Assembly: GCA_036785375.1 (NCBI GenBank)
Contig: JAWMAR010000293.1
Coordinates: 1,922,001 to 1,986,000, forward strand
DNA from: Leucoraja ocellata
Taxonomy: Eukaryota
DNA: 64,000 nucleotides
Direction of reading: 5' to 3'
In this document: positions 13,901 through 24,996 of the stretch, in pieces
Numbering within the stretch: the stretch's first letter is position 1
Layout: each line of letters begins with the position of its first letter
Translations under genes and position numbers: made by a program
Notes under the pieces: generated by a model
Database searches by the model: none
What the model was told of the DNA's origin: nothing
The model's input: the letters and a program-made list of their open reading frames with translations, nothing else

Positions 13901-16900
13901 GAGATGCTGCCTGTCCTGCTAAGCACTTCCTGTCCTATTTTATGGCATATGGCATGTTTTGTTTTCATAGTTTGTAAGCATAGAATGTAAGATTTTGTTG
14001 CACAGCTGGAGGAGGTAGAAGGATCAGATGTAATCACCACGTTATACATGTAAGAGATATTTAGACATAAATAGACAAGGCACGGGAAGATATCCTATTG
14101 TGGGCAAATCAAATTAAGTGTAGATGAGCCGAGTGTCACTGAAATTCCTGGCAGTAATCACATTTATCCACCGGGAGGACTTTAAACTCACTTTTTGTAG
14201 AATGTATAGCAGGAACAGTTTTTGTGCTGAACAACTCAGACTCTATGATAAGCTCCAGCATGGCCTGATAGGGATAAATGTCCATTTCTCTGCTGTACAT
14301 TTGACGTAAAGTGAGTTTAAACCACCCCCAGGTGAATATATGTGATACCTGCAAGGAATTTCAGCGACACTGGGGTCTCAAAACCTGGCCAATGATGCAA
14401 GCGGGTGAAGCACAGGTGCTGGGATATGTAACACAGCGTGACAGCACAGATCATGCAGGACACGGTAGGAATAAAAGGCACTCACAACAGCCAGTACATC
14501 ATGTCCCTCTGGAAGGTGATGCTGATGGATGAGTTAATTGTTTCAAAGAGTAGACCAGTGCCATTTTGGAAGCCAAGGGTGGCACCAGATAAATCCAGTT
14601 CATTGATATTCACCCTGTAGGATATCAAAAAGTACAAATCTCAGTGTTCCTGGTCCACAAGCAAGCAGCAGCAAGGTCCAAGAAGATACTTACCCATTAA
14701 TGGAATACTGGAATGGACCCTGTTTCCCAGATACATCCGAAATTGAGATATTTTCAAGTTCTTCAGCAACAAATTTCAATCCTTCATACTGAACTATAAA
14801 AAACAAAAGAATATTCAGACTTGGTTTTGTGCAGCACGGCTTGAATTTCCAATAATATCTGCCCTGACTTGTGTTCAAATTTGTATCAATTGCAATTGTC
14901 TAGGAAATGAGTCAGCCCACCGTGTCATTCAGTGTCTATATACTGTATATATTAAATGTGGGTTTGTGTATATATATGTTTGCATGCATGTGATTGTATC
15001 ATGTGTGTGTGTGTGTGAGATGTGATTGTGCATGTGAATGCACAGAAGTGTGAAGTATGCATATATGTGTTTTGTGACAATGTGTCGGTGTGCATATGTG
15101 TGTGAGTGCATGAGTGATGTGATTGAATGTGTGTGAAAGTGTGCACACCTATTGGAGTTGTGTGTGCAAGTCCCCTGCAGGTTACAACAGGTCACCCCAT
15201 TTCTGAGAACTACTTATGACCAGAACAGTTCACGTCAAAAATATTGTGGACTGCCAATGTACTTAAATAAAAACAAAAGCCATCCAAGGGCAATGTGTAG
15301 TTGAACCAGGAGATTCAACTTAACCATTCAGATATTGCCACATGGCAGAACATGTCCACCACCCCGCAGTAGCTGTAAAATCCGTCATGCCAGTCTCCCA
15401 AACACTGAGTCGTATATACGGGCCATGCAAGTCAGGCATTTGTAACCTGGAAAGGACCCGGATATGAAAATAAAGAACTTGCATTTGTGAATCTCCATTC
15501 ATGACCTCAAGCTACCCAAACATTTCCAACCGGCACACTCCTCAGTGATGTTGGTTCACAGTGAACGATAGGGACCTGGGGAGTGCTGTAGAACTGAGGG
15601 ACTTGGGGGTGCAGGTACTTAATTCCCAGGATGGCATCGCAGGTGGACAGAGTGGTGAAGAAGACTTTTGGCATGCTGTGCTTCATCAATAAGGGCATTG
15701 AGTACTGAAGTTTGGACACTATAATTGTAGTAGTACAGAATCATTATGATCCACTCTTGTGTTCAGCTTGGTCACCCTGCTATAGGAAAGATGCAATTAA
15801 GCTAGAAAGAGTTCAGAACAGATTTATGAGGATGTTGCCAGGATTTGATGGACTGAATTATAGGAAGGGATTGGGTGGGCTGAGACTTCATTCTTGGAAC
15901 GTCAGAGATTGTAAAGGGGTGGTCTTATGGAGGTATATAAAATCATGAGGGTCATTGATAGGGTGAATGCACGCAGCATTTTCCCAGGGTAGGGGAATCA
16001 AAAACTAGAGGGTATAGGTTTAAGATGAGAGAAGAAAGATTTAATAGGAATCTGACGGGGAACTTTTTGTCATAGAAGGTAGAAGGTGATACATGTAGGG
16101 AACAAGCTGCCAGAGGAAGTGGTGGATGCAGGTGGAATAACAATATTTAAAAGATATTTGGACATACATGGAACGGAGAGGTTTTAGAGAGATATGCATA
16201 AAATGTGAGCAAATGGGATTAGCGTAGATGGGCATCTTGGTTGGCATGGATGCGTTGGTCCGAAGGACCTGTTTCCAATGCTGCTTGACTCCATGTGTGC
16301 CCACTGCCATTATATGAGAAAGGTAGTTTATATGTTTTTTGTTACCTGCTCCTGGAATGAGGCTATCTCTGGCAAATCTCCATCTGTTCAGGAGAGATGG
16401 TGATAAAGCTCTGGAAAGTGTCACACTCCTCATGGCGAAGCTGTTACCAAATTACTGCCAAAATATAGATCCAACGATTATGTAGAAGCAACAATCGACT
16501 TCCAAGACGTGTGAGAGTTTTTTGGCTGGCAGTGTTTCCATGTGCCTGCTGCCAGGTGTCAGAAGGAGCCGGGCTGATTAATGCATTTAATTTAATCTTT
16601 ATTTGTGACTGCTCTGACTCCAGGCAGTGGAAAGTTTCCTTTTTAACTCTGTTCAACGTGTACTCACAAAGCTGTGTATATTGGAGTGTGCATGTGCTGT
16701 TGTGTGTAGATACACGGATTCTGTACAAGTACATCGCTTTTTGTTCTGCTGCGTCTTTGTGTGGATGTGTGCAAGGTCAGTTTATGTGATTGCATATGTG
16801 CAGAGGGGTGGAGGCAATGCAGAGATTGCATGTGTGTGTGGAAGCCTTTAGCTTGAAATGCATTGACAATGCGTGTGTGTTTTTCACCAGTTTTTCACCA

Positions 16901-17518
16901 GTGTTTTTCACCAGTGCACAGAGCAGTTGTGTGTGATAGAGCACACGGATAGTATAAATGCATTGATAGTGTCTGACATAAATAGATGGGCAACATATGT
17001 GTATGTCACTATTGGTTATAATTGGTGTAAAAGATCTGTGTGCACACGAGCCTGTAGGTATTTGTATATAGGGCATGCTTCTATCAAGCGTGTGTGTGTG
17101 AATGGATAGGTTCTGATATATGGTTATGTCCCTTTAGTCTGTTGAGCTGAAACACAATCGATGTTATGTATAGATATCCACCCTGTGAGATACGGTGAGT
17201 TCCCTCCTTCATCACTTGCAGCTACTGGCCCACAAACAATGATAGGCTGACAGTGAAGTGTATCAGCTCCTCCCCTCCCCCCCTCCCCCCCCTCTCCACC
17301 TCCCCCCCTCCCCACCAAACATTCAGAAAGTTGCACTTTCATTGTTCGCAAAGTAAGCTGTGTGTTTGTTTGGTGAGAAGCGACCCGGGAATGTGAGGCT
17401 GCGGGATCTTACTCAGCGTCAGGCCTCTCTCAGTGATGCGAACACGGCAGCCAGGGTTGGAGCTTGTTGTGGTGCTCAGTCCCATCAGGAGCAACAAGCC
17501 AGTGCTCCAGCGAGCCAT
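1776..17518 (-). CDS. PLTP: Phospholipid transfer protein (BPI/LBP/PLTP family), 5' ten coding exons, 3'-partial: join of 17413-17518, 14694-14793, 14486-14614, 11625-11780, 10751-10814, 8216-8279, 5453-5544, 3949-4125, 3806-3865, 1776-1946
   Basis: Spliced translation MARWSTGLLLLMGLSTTTSSNPGCRVRITERGLTLI...INASAEGVNI...VSCKAS...ICPAL...GIDYSL...RMVYICLSEYFFDSAM...APRCTIKPSGITASV...LSSITM matches recalled vertebrate PLTP motifs. All introns are GT-AG with compatible phases; exon sizes 100/129/156/64/64/92/177/60 agree with the human gene as I recall it; the N-domain Cys pair (VSC, ICP) is kept. Confidence 0.97.
2116..2295 (-). mobile_element. Young CR1 LINE 3' end
   Basis: (catagaaa)n tail; almost identical to copies at 52790-52967 and 61866-62110. 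Confidence 0.88.
2770..3060 (+). mobile_element. Penelope-like element, degraded GIY-YIG endonuclease fragment
   Basis: Reads LYVGKTKSRLGD*FAE...; homologous to the fragment at 62110-62345. Confidence 0.7.
3806..3865 (-). CDS. PLTP: PLTP coding exon, 60 bp (MPMDLAYLLRTTFFGLIILM)
   Basis: gtaccag|ATG...ATG|gtaagt; preceded by an 83-bp intron; similar to human VPHDLDMLLRATYFGSIVLL. Confidence 0.94.
3949..4125 (-). CDS. PLTP: PLTP coding exon, 177 bp (GMFYPLHNENDTLPN...RMVYICLSEYFFDSAMYSYYKAG...ESK)
   Basis: tttttcag|GGA...AAG|gtgggt; RMVY..SE.FFDSA motif. Confidence 0.97.
5453..5544 (-). CDS. PLTP: PLTP coding exon, 92 bp (RTAVDQDVGIDYSLLSDPDVKSEWMDMDFK)
   Basis: cacaaag|TG...AAG|gtaagg; GIDYSL motif. 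Confidence 0.96.
5708..5845 (+). mobile_element. tRNA-derived SINE head (HE1-like)
   Basis: cagtggtgtagctagtag (A box)...ttcaaccctgacc (B box)...tgtgaagtttgc...gtgaccatgtgg...tgctccggtttcct. Confidence 0.7.
5846..6645 (-). mobile_element. CR1 LINE 3' fragment (end of RT)
   Basis: ORFs read LYKILVRPHLQSCVQFWSP..LERVQR.FTRMLP and MEFNADKCEVLHFG. Confidence 0.9.
6910..7192 (-). mobile_element. HE1-like SINE, nearly full length
   Basis: (tttag)n tail, CR1-like 3' segment, core GFLRDLRFPPT and tRNA-like head; same family at 21800, 27112, 46660, 61420. Confidence 0.85.
7193..7410. repeat. 21-bp tandem repeat, 10 copies (ccgccctgctgtgccacagtg)
   Basis: Seen directly; near-perfect copies. Confidence 0.97.
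8216..8279 (-). CDS. PLTP: PLTP coding exon, 64 bp (ICPALQHSGLVLLNSLLATVP)
   Basis: tttgtag|ATT...G|gtgagt; similar to human ICPVLYHAGTVLLNSLLDTVP. Confidence 0.96.
8400..8580. repeat. About 150-bp palindrome made of two head-to-head Penelope-type terminal repeats
   Basis: gtacacaaaaatgctg...gcaacgtttcgg-c-ccgaaacgttgc...cagcatttttgtgtac (8432-8580). Confidence 0.9.
8858..9190 (-). mobile_element. CR1 LINE 3' end
   Basis: agtcatagag tail; matches 17915-18100, 22495-22850 and 35130-35367. Confidence 0.85.
10345..10577 (+). mobile_element. Short solo LTR (Gypsy-like), 233 bp
   Basis: CATT duplication at 10341-10344 and 10578-10581; termini TGTAGTGG...CCACTAAA (one mismatch); AATAAA at 10535; CpG-rich. 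Confidence 0.75.
10751..10814 (-). CDS. PLTP: PLTP coding exon, 64 bp (GFYEIFATILTTGLRFLINQQ)
   Basis: tttacag|G...CAG|gtaatt; similar to human GMRFLLNQQ. Confidence 0.95.
11625..11780 (-). CDS. PLTP: PLTP coding exon, 156 bp (KDYGQINASAEGVNI...VSCKASIAGMKAKFNGNFR)
   Basis: tttttcag|G...CG|gtaaag; INASAEGV motif. Confidence 0.96.
12012..12750 (-). mobile_element. CR1 LINE 3' fragment
   Basis: ORF 12336-12782: QRDLGVLV..VVKKANAML..PHLEYCEQFWAPYLRKDV. Confidence 0.92.
13435..14125 (+). mobile_element. Degraded CR1 RT fragment containing a 12-bp tandem expansion (gggatcagtggt/gct, 13590-13672)
   Basis: FDKV and EFNPNKCEMMH motifs; the repeat unit corresponds to the QGSVLG-coding segment of RT. 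Confidence 0.7.
14486..14614 (-). CDS. PLTP: PLTP coding exon, 129 bp (VNINELDLSGATLGFQNGTGLLFETINSSISITFQRDMMYWL)
   Basis: ctacag|G...TT|gtgagt; preceded by a 79-bp intron. Confidence 0.95.
14694..14793 (-). CDS. PLTP: PLTP coding exon, 100 bp (QYEGLKFVAEELENISISDVSGKQGPFQYSING)
   Basis: tttatag|TT...GG|gtaagt; similar to human KQEGLRFLEQELETI. Confidence 0.95.
15560..16295 (+). mobile_element. CR1 LINE 3' fragment
   Basis: WSPCYRKDAIKLERVQNRFMRMLPG plus 3' UTR. Confidence 0.88.
17413..17518 (-). CDS. PLTP: PLTP first coding exon (signal peptide + NPGCRVRIT); exon acceptor at 17533
   Basis: ccccgcag|GTACGTGGGGAGACG ATG GCT CGC TGG...CTG A|gtaaga; hydrophobic leader followed by the family NPG-x-RIT motif. 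Confidence 0.92.
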
Positions 17519-18489
17519 CGTCTCCCCACGTACCTGCGGGGCAAGGAACTGGCATCTTAAATATCGTCAAGCCCTATAACAACAGACACAGGCACAACAG
17601 AGAACGATCGCTGTCCCCACTGCTACTGCCCAGGCCAGCAAGTCCCGTCTCGGGAGGAGACCATTCAACCCTTCAAGCCTGTTATCCAGCAATAGGAATT
17701 AGTCACTGGAAGGGGCCACTGAGACACTCAAGTCTTTTACACAAGAATATTCAGCCCTTTGCCCTGATGGAAAGGCTTCAGATTTCAAGAGCTTGATCGA
17801 CAATGACGGATTAAATCAATAATGATCATACTGCCAGAATTGGAGGAGTGGACATTTTTCAGCGGAGTGAGACTGGGGGAAGCATAGAATGCAGCAAAGC
17901 TCTGGAGGACATACAAACGGTGGTGGGTGTATGGAACAAGCTGCCAGAGGGACTTTCCCAACATTTAACAAACAGTTGGACAGGTACATGGATAGGAGAG
18001 GTTTGGAGGGATATGGACCAAATGCGGGCTGGGACATTTGGTAGCTGGTGTGGGTAAATTGGGCTGGAGGGTCTGTTTCCACACTGTATCACTCTATGAC
18101 ACTTTGACATTGAAAATGAGACTTAAAACTACTGTTTACTATGAGTCATTGAGGGTTCAACAGGCACAGAGAAGATAGGTTAATAGGTGATGGTCAGTAT
18201 ACACAGGTGTAATGGTTTCATGGTTCAGTTAAGCAACTACAGGATGACCTTTTAAAATCTAGTCTCACCAGTGCATTCACATTTTCATTAACCTATGATG
18301 TGACCCAGATACTCTCTGTCCTCGGTCAGTGGGACATTAATACTCTCTCTCTCTCTCCTGACTCGGTGTGATAATACTGTGTGGAATGGGGGGGCTTGAA
18401 TCACACCGTGGGAACACTGAGCTCGGCCCTGTGGCGGAAACTCCCTGTTCCCGGGGAAACTGCCCAGGGCCCAACACCAGGATACTCTG

Positions 18490-19210
18490 TACTCCCTGTC
18501 CGGGTCAATGTGACCCTGGTCCTTTCTATCCCTGGTCAGTATGATCGTGATAACCCTGCCCTGTGTCAGTGTGACCCTGGTACTCCCTATGTGGGTCAGT
18601 GTGACCCTGGTCCTTTCTATCCTGTGTCAGTGTGACCCAGTACTTTCTACCTGGGTCAGTGTAACCCTGGTCTTCTGTATGTGTGTCAGTGTGACCCTGG
18701 TCCTTTCTACCCTGTGTCAGTGTGACCCAGTACTTTCTACCTGGGTCAGTGTCACCCTGGTACTCCCTGTCATGGGTCAGTGTAACCCTGGTCCTCTGTA
18801 TGTGGGTCAGTGTGACCCTGTATTTTCTATCCCGTGTCAGTGTGACCCTGGTCCTTTCTATCCTGTGCCAGTGTGACCCAGTACTTTTTACCTGGGTCAG
18901 TGTAACCCTGGTACTCCCTGTCCCGGGTCAGTGTGATCCTGGTCCTCTCTGTGTGTCAGTATGACCTAAACTTTCTATCCTGGGTCAGAGTGACCCTGGT
19001 ACTCCCTGTCCTGGGTCAGTGTAACCCTGGTCCTCTGTATGTGGGTCAGCGTGACCCTGTATTTTCTATCCTGGGTCAGTGTGACCCTGGTCCTCTCTAT
19101 GTGTGTCAGTGTGACCCTGGTTCCTTCTATCCTGTGCCAGTGTGACCCTATACTTTTTACCTGGGTCAGTGTAACCCTGGTACTCCCTGTCCCGGGTCAG
19201 AGTGAACCTA
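18490..19210. repeat. Minisatellite, about 24 units of 30-31 bp, core (g/t)gtcagtgtgaccc, with a partial four-unit higher-order pattern
   Basis: Seen directly. Confidence 0.95.
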
Positions 19211-19779
19211 GTTCTGTCTGCCCCGGGCGAGTGACTCTGCTGTGTCCTTGCCTTTCTCCAACAGCCTATTATTGAACGTTGAGCTGATTGTTCAAAGCTT
19301 TGTACAATGTACCAAATAACATTATCACGCTGTCTCTCTACTCTGCCGCTGCTGGAACCAATTTGTGGCCGAGTGCCCTCAATAAACCCGTTATCCTGGT
19401 GTTGAGCCCCAGGCAGTTTCCACGGGAACAGGCAGTCTCCTCTACAAGGCCGGGCTCAGTGTTCCCAAGGTGTGATTCAAGCCCCCCCCCCCCCCCCATT
19501 CCACACAGCCCCTCACTCATCACACCACTGCCCGATTGTAAACGCACCCCACAAAATACAGCCGGAGAATGGGTTTGAAAATCATACTTATCACAGTGAA
19601 CAGTGTCAGTTCCTTCTCCTTCGAAAAGGCTCTGTTGTGAGAGGATTGCCGATTCAGGCAGCTCTGCAAATGAACAGCAGGGGCTGATCTCTCAATTGAA
19701 AACACAAGAAATTGTTGATCATCGCCCCCCCCCCTCTCCCCAGTCTTGGCCGGACGTTCACTAAACCCGAGCTGTTTGA

Positions 19780-19792
19780 TGACCTTTGACCC
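19780..19792 (-). promoter_or_regulatory. Perfect DR1 nuclear-receptor element GGGTCA-A-AGGTCA upstream of PLTP
   Basis: Plus strand tgacctttgaccc in unique sequence 2.26 kb upstream of the PLTP ATG; function is inferred. Confidence 0.55.
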
Positions 19793-20885
19793 TTCCCCTC
19801 CCTCCCCATTCCTCCTCTGTTTGGTTGTCAGAACAAATGACATCAAATCAACCCATTTTTCAGTCAACACTGCAGTGTTACTGTTGCCCTGTGTACCGCG
19901 GAGTGCACTCACCACAGGGCGGGGAGGCTACTGCTGGAATAAAAAGGCCGATTGTTCTGCTGAATGTCGTCACACTGCAGCGGTCGGTACAGCAATGTTG
20001 TGCCAGTTCACACACACACAGAGTTCTCCGTGGGAGGCTGGGTGCAGAACACGTCAACAAGAGCAGTAATTGGAGAGCACGGCTGCAAAGTGGTTGATCC
20101 CGTAACCCTTGCTGTGTGTCATCCCTTGTGTGCTGGGGCCTGGCTTTGAGTTTGTGTCAGACCCCAGATGACTGTCGGGGTTCTGGCCAATGCCGGCTTC
20201 TGGTGAAGCCACAGGTTCTTCAGGGACCCAGTGCCAGTGGCCGGTGTATTGTCAATTCTGATCGGAAGTTTTTGTTACTTGACTCTCCCGAAACAGTCCA
20301 CACTTGCTTTCCTGACTGTGGGTGAGTCCTTTATGGACTCCCCTTCCTCACTAATCCAAAAGCAAGCAGTCCTCATTACTCAACTCAATCAGCTGGCTGC
20401 TCTCATTTCCAGTATGTGTAATTTCTCACTCATGGCGAACGCTGCTAGTGATCTCTCAACAGCACAAGTACAGTGAGGCACCTGGTTACGATGCATCCTG
20501 GCTGTGAATGGGAACTCTTCCCGTCCGTCCACTGACACCTTCACACCCTTCTGTATAAATGGATTCAAACAGCCTGGAAATGGTGCCCGTAAGTTTAAAA
20601 GGAGCAGGGTAAGAGAGATCCAGAGAGTTAAAGGAGTGTGGGAAGCATATTACCGGTGTAAAAGGAATGAATGAAACAATCCCTGTGAGTACAAAGAGTG
20701 TGGAAACACAGACCTAGTGAGTAAAACGAGTGTGGAACACAGACCTGGCGAGTAAAATGGATACAGGACACACATTGGGTGCGTGGAATGTGGAGGCAGG
20801 AGTGGTGGTGGAAGCAGATACGATTGTGGGTTTTAGACAGGCACGCGGATATGTAGGAAACGGAAGGATCTGGATTTTGGGATTA

Positions 20886-21495
20886 CAGTACACTCCACAA
20901 TGTTTGGGATAAAGACCCATCATTTATTTATTTGCCTCTGTATGTCACAATTTGAGATTTGTAATAGAAAAAAATCAAATATGGTTAAAGTGCACATTGT
21001 CAGATTTTAATAAAGGCCATTTTTATACAGTTTGGTTTCACCATGTAGAAATTACAGCAGTGTTTATACATAGTCCTCCCATTTCAGGGCACCAAATTGT
21101 TTGGGACACAGCAATGTCATGTAAATGAAAGTAGTCATGTTTAGTATTTTGTTGCATATCCTTTGCATACAATGACTGCTTGAAGTCTGTGATTCATGGA
21201 CATCACCAGTTGCTGGGTTTCTTCTCTGGTGATGCTCTGCCAGGCCTGTATTGCAGCCATCTTTAGCTTATGCTTGTTTTGGGGGCTAGTCCCCTTCAGT
21301 TTTCTCTTCAGCATATAAAAGGCATGCTCAATTAGGTTCAGATCGGGTGATTGGCTTGGCCATTGAAGAATTGACCATTTTTAAGCTTTAAAAAACTCCT
21401 TTGTTGCTTTAGCAGTATGTTTGGGATCATTGTCTTGCTGTAGAATGAACCGCTGGCCAATGAGTTTTAAGGCATTTGTTTGAACTTGAGCAGAA
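20886..21495. mobile_element. Tc1-like transposon end and adjoining fragment
   Basis: TA|cagtacactccacaatgtttggga terminus with inner repeat tgtttgggacac; same terminus at 54169-54222. Confidence 0.75.
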
Positions 21496-21796
21496 TGATG
21501 AGTAATTTTGCATCATGAGCCAAACGACCTGTCCCTGTGCTTTCCTGTTCTATGTTCAGCCTGTACACATATGTTCAGCCTGACACACTGTGCCTGCCAG
21601 TACGTATTAATCATCTGCGCACAAGATTTTGTCAATAAACAAGAAATTGTGGCGACGAATTGTTTATACACCGAGTATAATCAATACAAATTGCAGCTAC
21701 CCATACAGAATGAACCTTGACATAACATTCTCAGCCTTGCCTACCCACGGCGTCAATCCATAAACCTTGTATTTGGTTTAAACATTGATACCTTTT

Positions 21797-21950
21797 TAGT
21801 TTTTTTAGTTTAGAGATACAGCACAGAAAACCCACGCGGTCACGGGGAGAATGTACAACTTCTGTACAGACAGCATCTGTAGTCGGGATTGAACCCGGGT
21901 CTCCGGCACTGCAAGCGCTGTAAGGCAGCAACTCTACCGCTGTGCCGCCC
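21797..21950 (-). mobile_element. HE1-like SINE, internally deleted
   Basis: Head ggcggcacagcggtagagttgctgccttacag...gggttcaatcccgactac. Confidence 0.8.
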
Positions 21951-22197
21951 AACTAGTCTGCATACACTGACACTCTTCTTTAGTCAACATTGCTGATTCT
22001 GAGATTGGGAAAAGTGTTGGGCAATCGTGTTTTACACATGTTTCCAATCGGAATGTTTCTGTTGTAGACTTGTTGGTTAATGGTGCCTGCGTGCCAGTTT
22101 AAAGCAACCATACACCAATGCCATTCATATATATTGACAGCTGCCTGCACGCACTGCCCTATTTCTGTGCAGCCGCTGCTTGGACTAAAAACCTTGG

Positions 22198-22300
22198 ATA
22201 GACACAAAAAGCTGGAGTAACTCAGCGGGGCAGGCAGCATCTCTGGAGAGAAGGAATGGGCGATGTTTCAGGTCGAGACTCTTCTTCAGACTGCTTAGAG
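22198..22300 (-). mobile_element. Penelope-type terminal repeat with hammerhead-like core
   Basis: Minus strand agtCTGAAGAagagtctcgacctGAAAcatcgcccattcc...gatgctgcc. Confidence 0.7.
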
Positions 22301-24996
22301 ATAAGGGAAATGAGAGATATAGATGATGATGTAGAGAGATAAAGAACAATAAATAAAAGATATGCAAAAAAGTAACAATGAAATGGAAACAGGTCATTGT
22401 AAGCTGTTTGTTAGGTGAGTACTATTTTCATACTTCAGGGGTATCCAACTTGCAGTTCTTCCATTGATGCTCTAATGTTACAGTTTTACTATTAGAATCA
22501 GAGAGCATGGAACCAGGCCCTTCGGCCCAACTTGCCCACGCTGACCAAGATGCCCAAACAACACTAGTCCCGCCTACCTGCATTTGTCCCATCTCCCTTC
22601 AACCCTTTCCCATTCATGTACCTGCCCTTTTAAATGTTGCAATATAGTCACTGCCTCAACTACCTAATCTGGCAGCTTGTTCCATATACCCACCGCCCAC
22701 TGTGTGAACAAGTTACCTCGCAGGTTCCTATTAAATCTTTCTCCTCATGCCTATATCCTCTGGTTCTAGATTCCCCTATTCTGGGTAAAATACTCTATAC
22801 ATCTACCCAATCCATACCCCTCGTGATCTTATACGCCTCTAAAGATCACCCGATTGTAGGCTAGTTTCACCTTCCAGGGGTACATTTCTACACTTGCTGG
22901 GATGCAGTTTGATCATTAATAAAGAGGTACAGTTCCATCATTGCAAGATAGAATTCCACTAATGATGGGTACGGCTCTACCACTGCTAAGATACATTTCT
23001 ACGATCGTTGACCTACAGTGTACTCACTGCAGGGGTACAACTATGATTATTTTGGTACTGTTCCACCATTTTCATTTCCAGTTACAATTCGACCAATGGT
23101 GAGCTGCAATATGGTGCCCAGGAATTGTACCTCCATGTTGCAGAACAAATTGCTTTTCCCCCATTCTGTGGATTTGAAAGTGATGGATGATCCAGAATAT
23201 GTGTACTCACAGACTCTGTCATATGTATTGCTAATAGGATGGGTGGGTTGTTCATTTGGACTGTTGCTCCCGCCTTCTGTAGTTTGTATTCCAGCTCCAT
23301 GTGTTTCTGCTGCCGATACACAACATAAACAGTGCTTTCCCAAATGTTTCTCCCTCCACTTTCAGCAGTGTAGACCTGGGATGAGGCAGTGAGAACGGTA
23401 CATGTTCTATCGGAGGCTTTGAGGACGTCCTTCGAGTGATATCCCTGCCTTCCTGAAAATGGCTTGGCATAATGGAACTGGGAATAATGCCTGTTTTTGT
23501 AGTATGTTTAAGGACGATATGACCCCCTTTGTTGGAGCTGTATGGAGGGCCCTTATCTCCCAAATGTTTAGCGTGAAATTTGCCCTCATGGAGGCTTCAG
23601 TGTGGAATTTGGTCTTTGAGTGTGCGAGTAGGCAAATGTCACTGCGCACTTTAACACTTGTTGGAGTGTCCATGGTTCTGGACTGGAGGAGGCAGAGGAT
23701 GAGTAGATCCCCTTGTCCACTTCAAAAGCTTGTTGGAGATGAGGGGCCATTTTGCAGTGAGGAAAATTGAATAGTGGGTTAGGGCAATATGTAGCCTTGC
23801 TTGACTCCTCTATGCGCTGGGATCGGGCCTGTGTTGGTAAGGATCACAGCTTACACATCATTATGGAGAGAGAAGAAGATGATACATTTTTACAGGCTGC
23901 CAACTTTGAGATCTTCCATAATCTTTCTCAGTTGACAGCACTGAGGCTTTTGTGAGTCAAGCCATGGACAACAGTCGCTATTACTCCCCACACTTTAATT
24001 GCCGTGCTGAGGTCCATTCAATATCCCACTGATTTGGCAGTATAGTTCCTCAATACTGCATGCAGCTCTCCTGATGATGTGTTGACATTGGTGCTTGGTT
24101 AATTTAAAATGAAATAAAACCCAGAAAATGCTTGAAATACTCAGCAATCTGGTCACATCTATGGGAAGAAAACGGACAACATTTCAGGTCAAAGACCCTT
24201 TGTTATTAGTTTGGCTGCTGGTTGGTTACCAGTTTATCATCATTTGTACAATTCCACTGTAATGTTGTATAGTTCAACTGACATTTATATACACGTTCAC
24301 CTCTGTTGGGTAACATACCAACTGTTACTGACTTACTATTGCTGTTATGCAGTAACACTGAAATAGTGGGTAACTATTTCACTGAACAGAAATACTGTTT
24401 TGCCACCATTGGATGATTTTTATTGTTGCTAGGATACATACTTTCAACTGAGAAGAGATGGTTCAATGGCTCCTCAAAGTGAGGGCGACCCATGACTAGA
24501 TCAAAGACCCATCGTTGCTGGGGATTGTGTTTGTTACTTTTGAGGTGCAGTCTTACCATCTATGATCTTATATAAGATCACCCCATTGTAGGGTAGTTTC
24601 ACCTTCCAGGGATACATTTCTACACTTGCTGAGATGCAGAATACAGTTGTTCCCTCATTGGGAGTACAGTTTTAACGATACAGCTTATTTCTCCCAATCT
24701 TTTGGCTTACGGCTCGATTTGAAGATGTTTTAGAAACGTAGAAAAAAAACAACAGAAGTAGGTAACCTGGCTCAACCATCCAGCATGCTCGTAGACTTCA
24801 GTACCCTGTTCCCTCTTTACCGCCAAATCCCCCGATCCCTTTAGACACCACTGCCTATTCTAGTTGAGGATTTCACACGTTCATCTGTATTAGCTGCACC
24901 TCATCATGCACTAGTGGTGCAACGATTGTACCACAGCCTCACTGCTCCCGCAACTCAGGTTCAGTCCTGACCTCTAGTGTTGTCTGTGTGGAGTTA

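Noticed and set aside
14930-15170. His/Thr-rich ORFs here and at 16670-17110 and 59290-59575
   Set aside because: Degenerate (TG)n simple-sequence regions.
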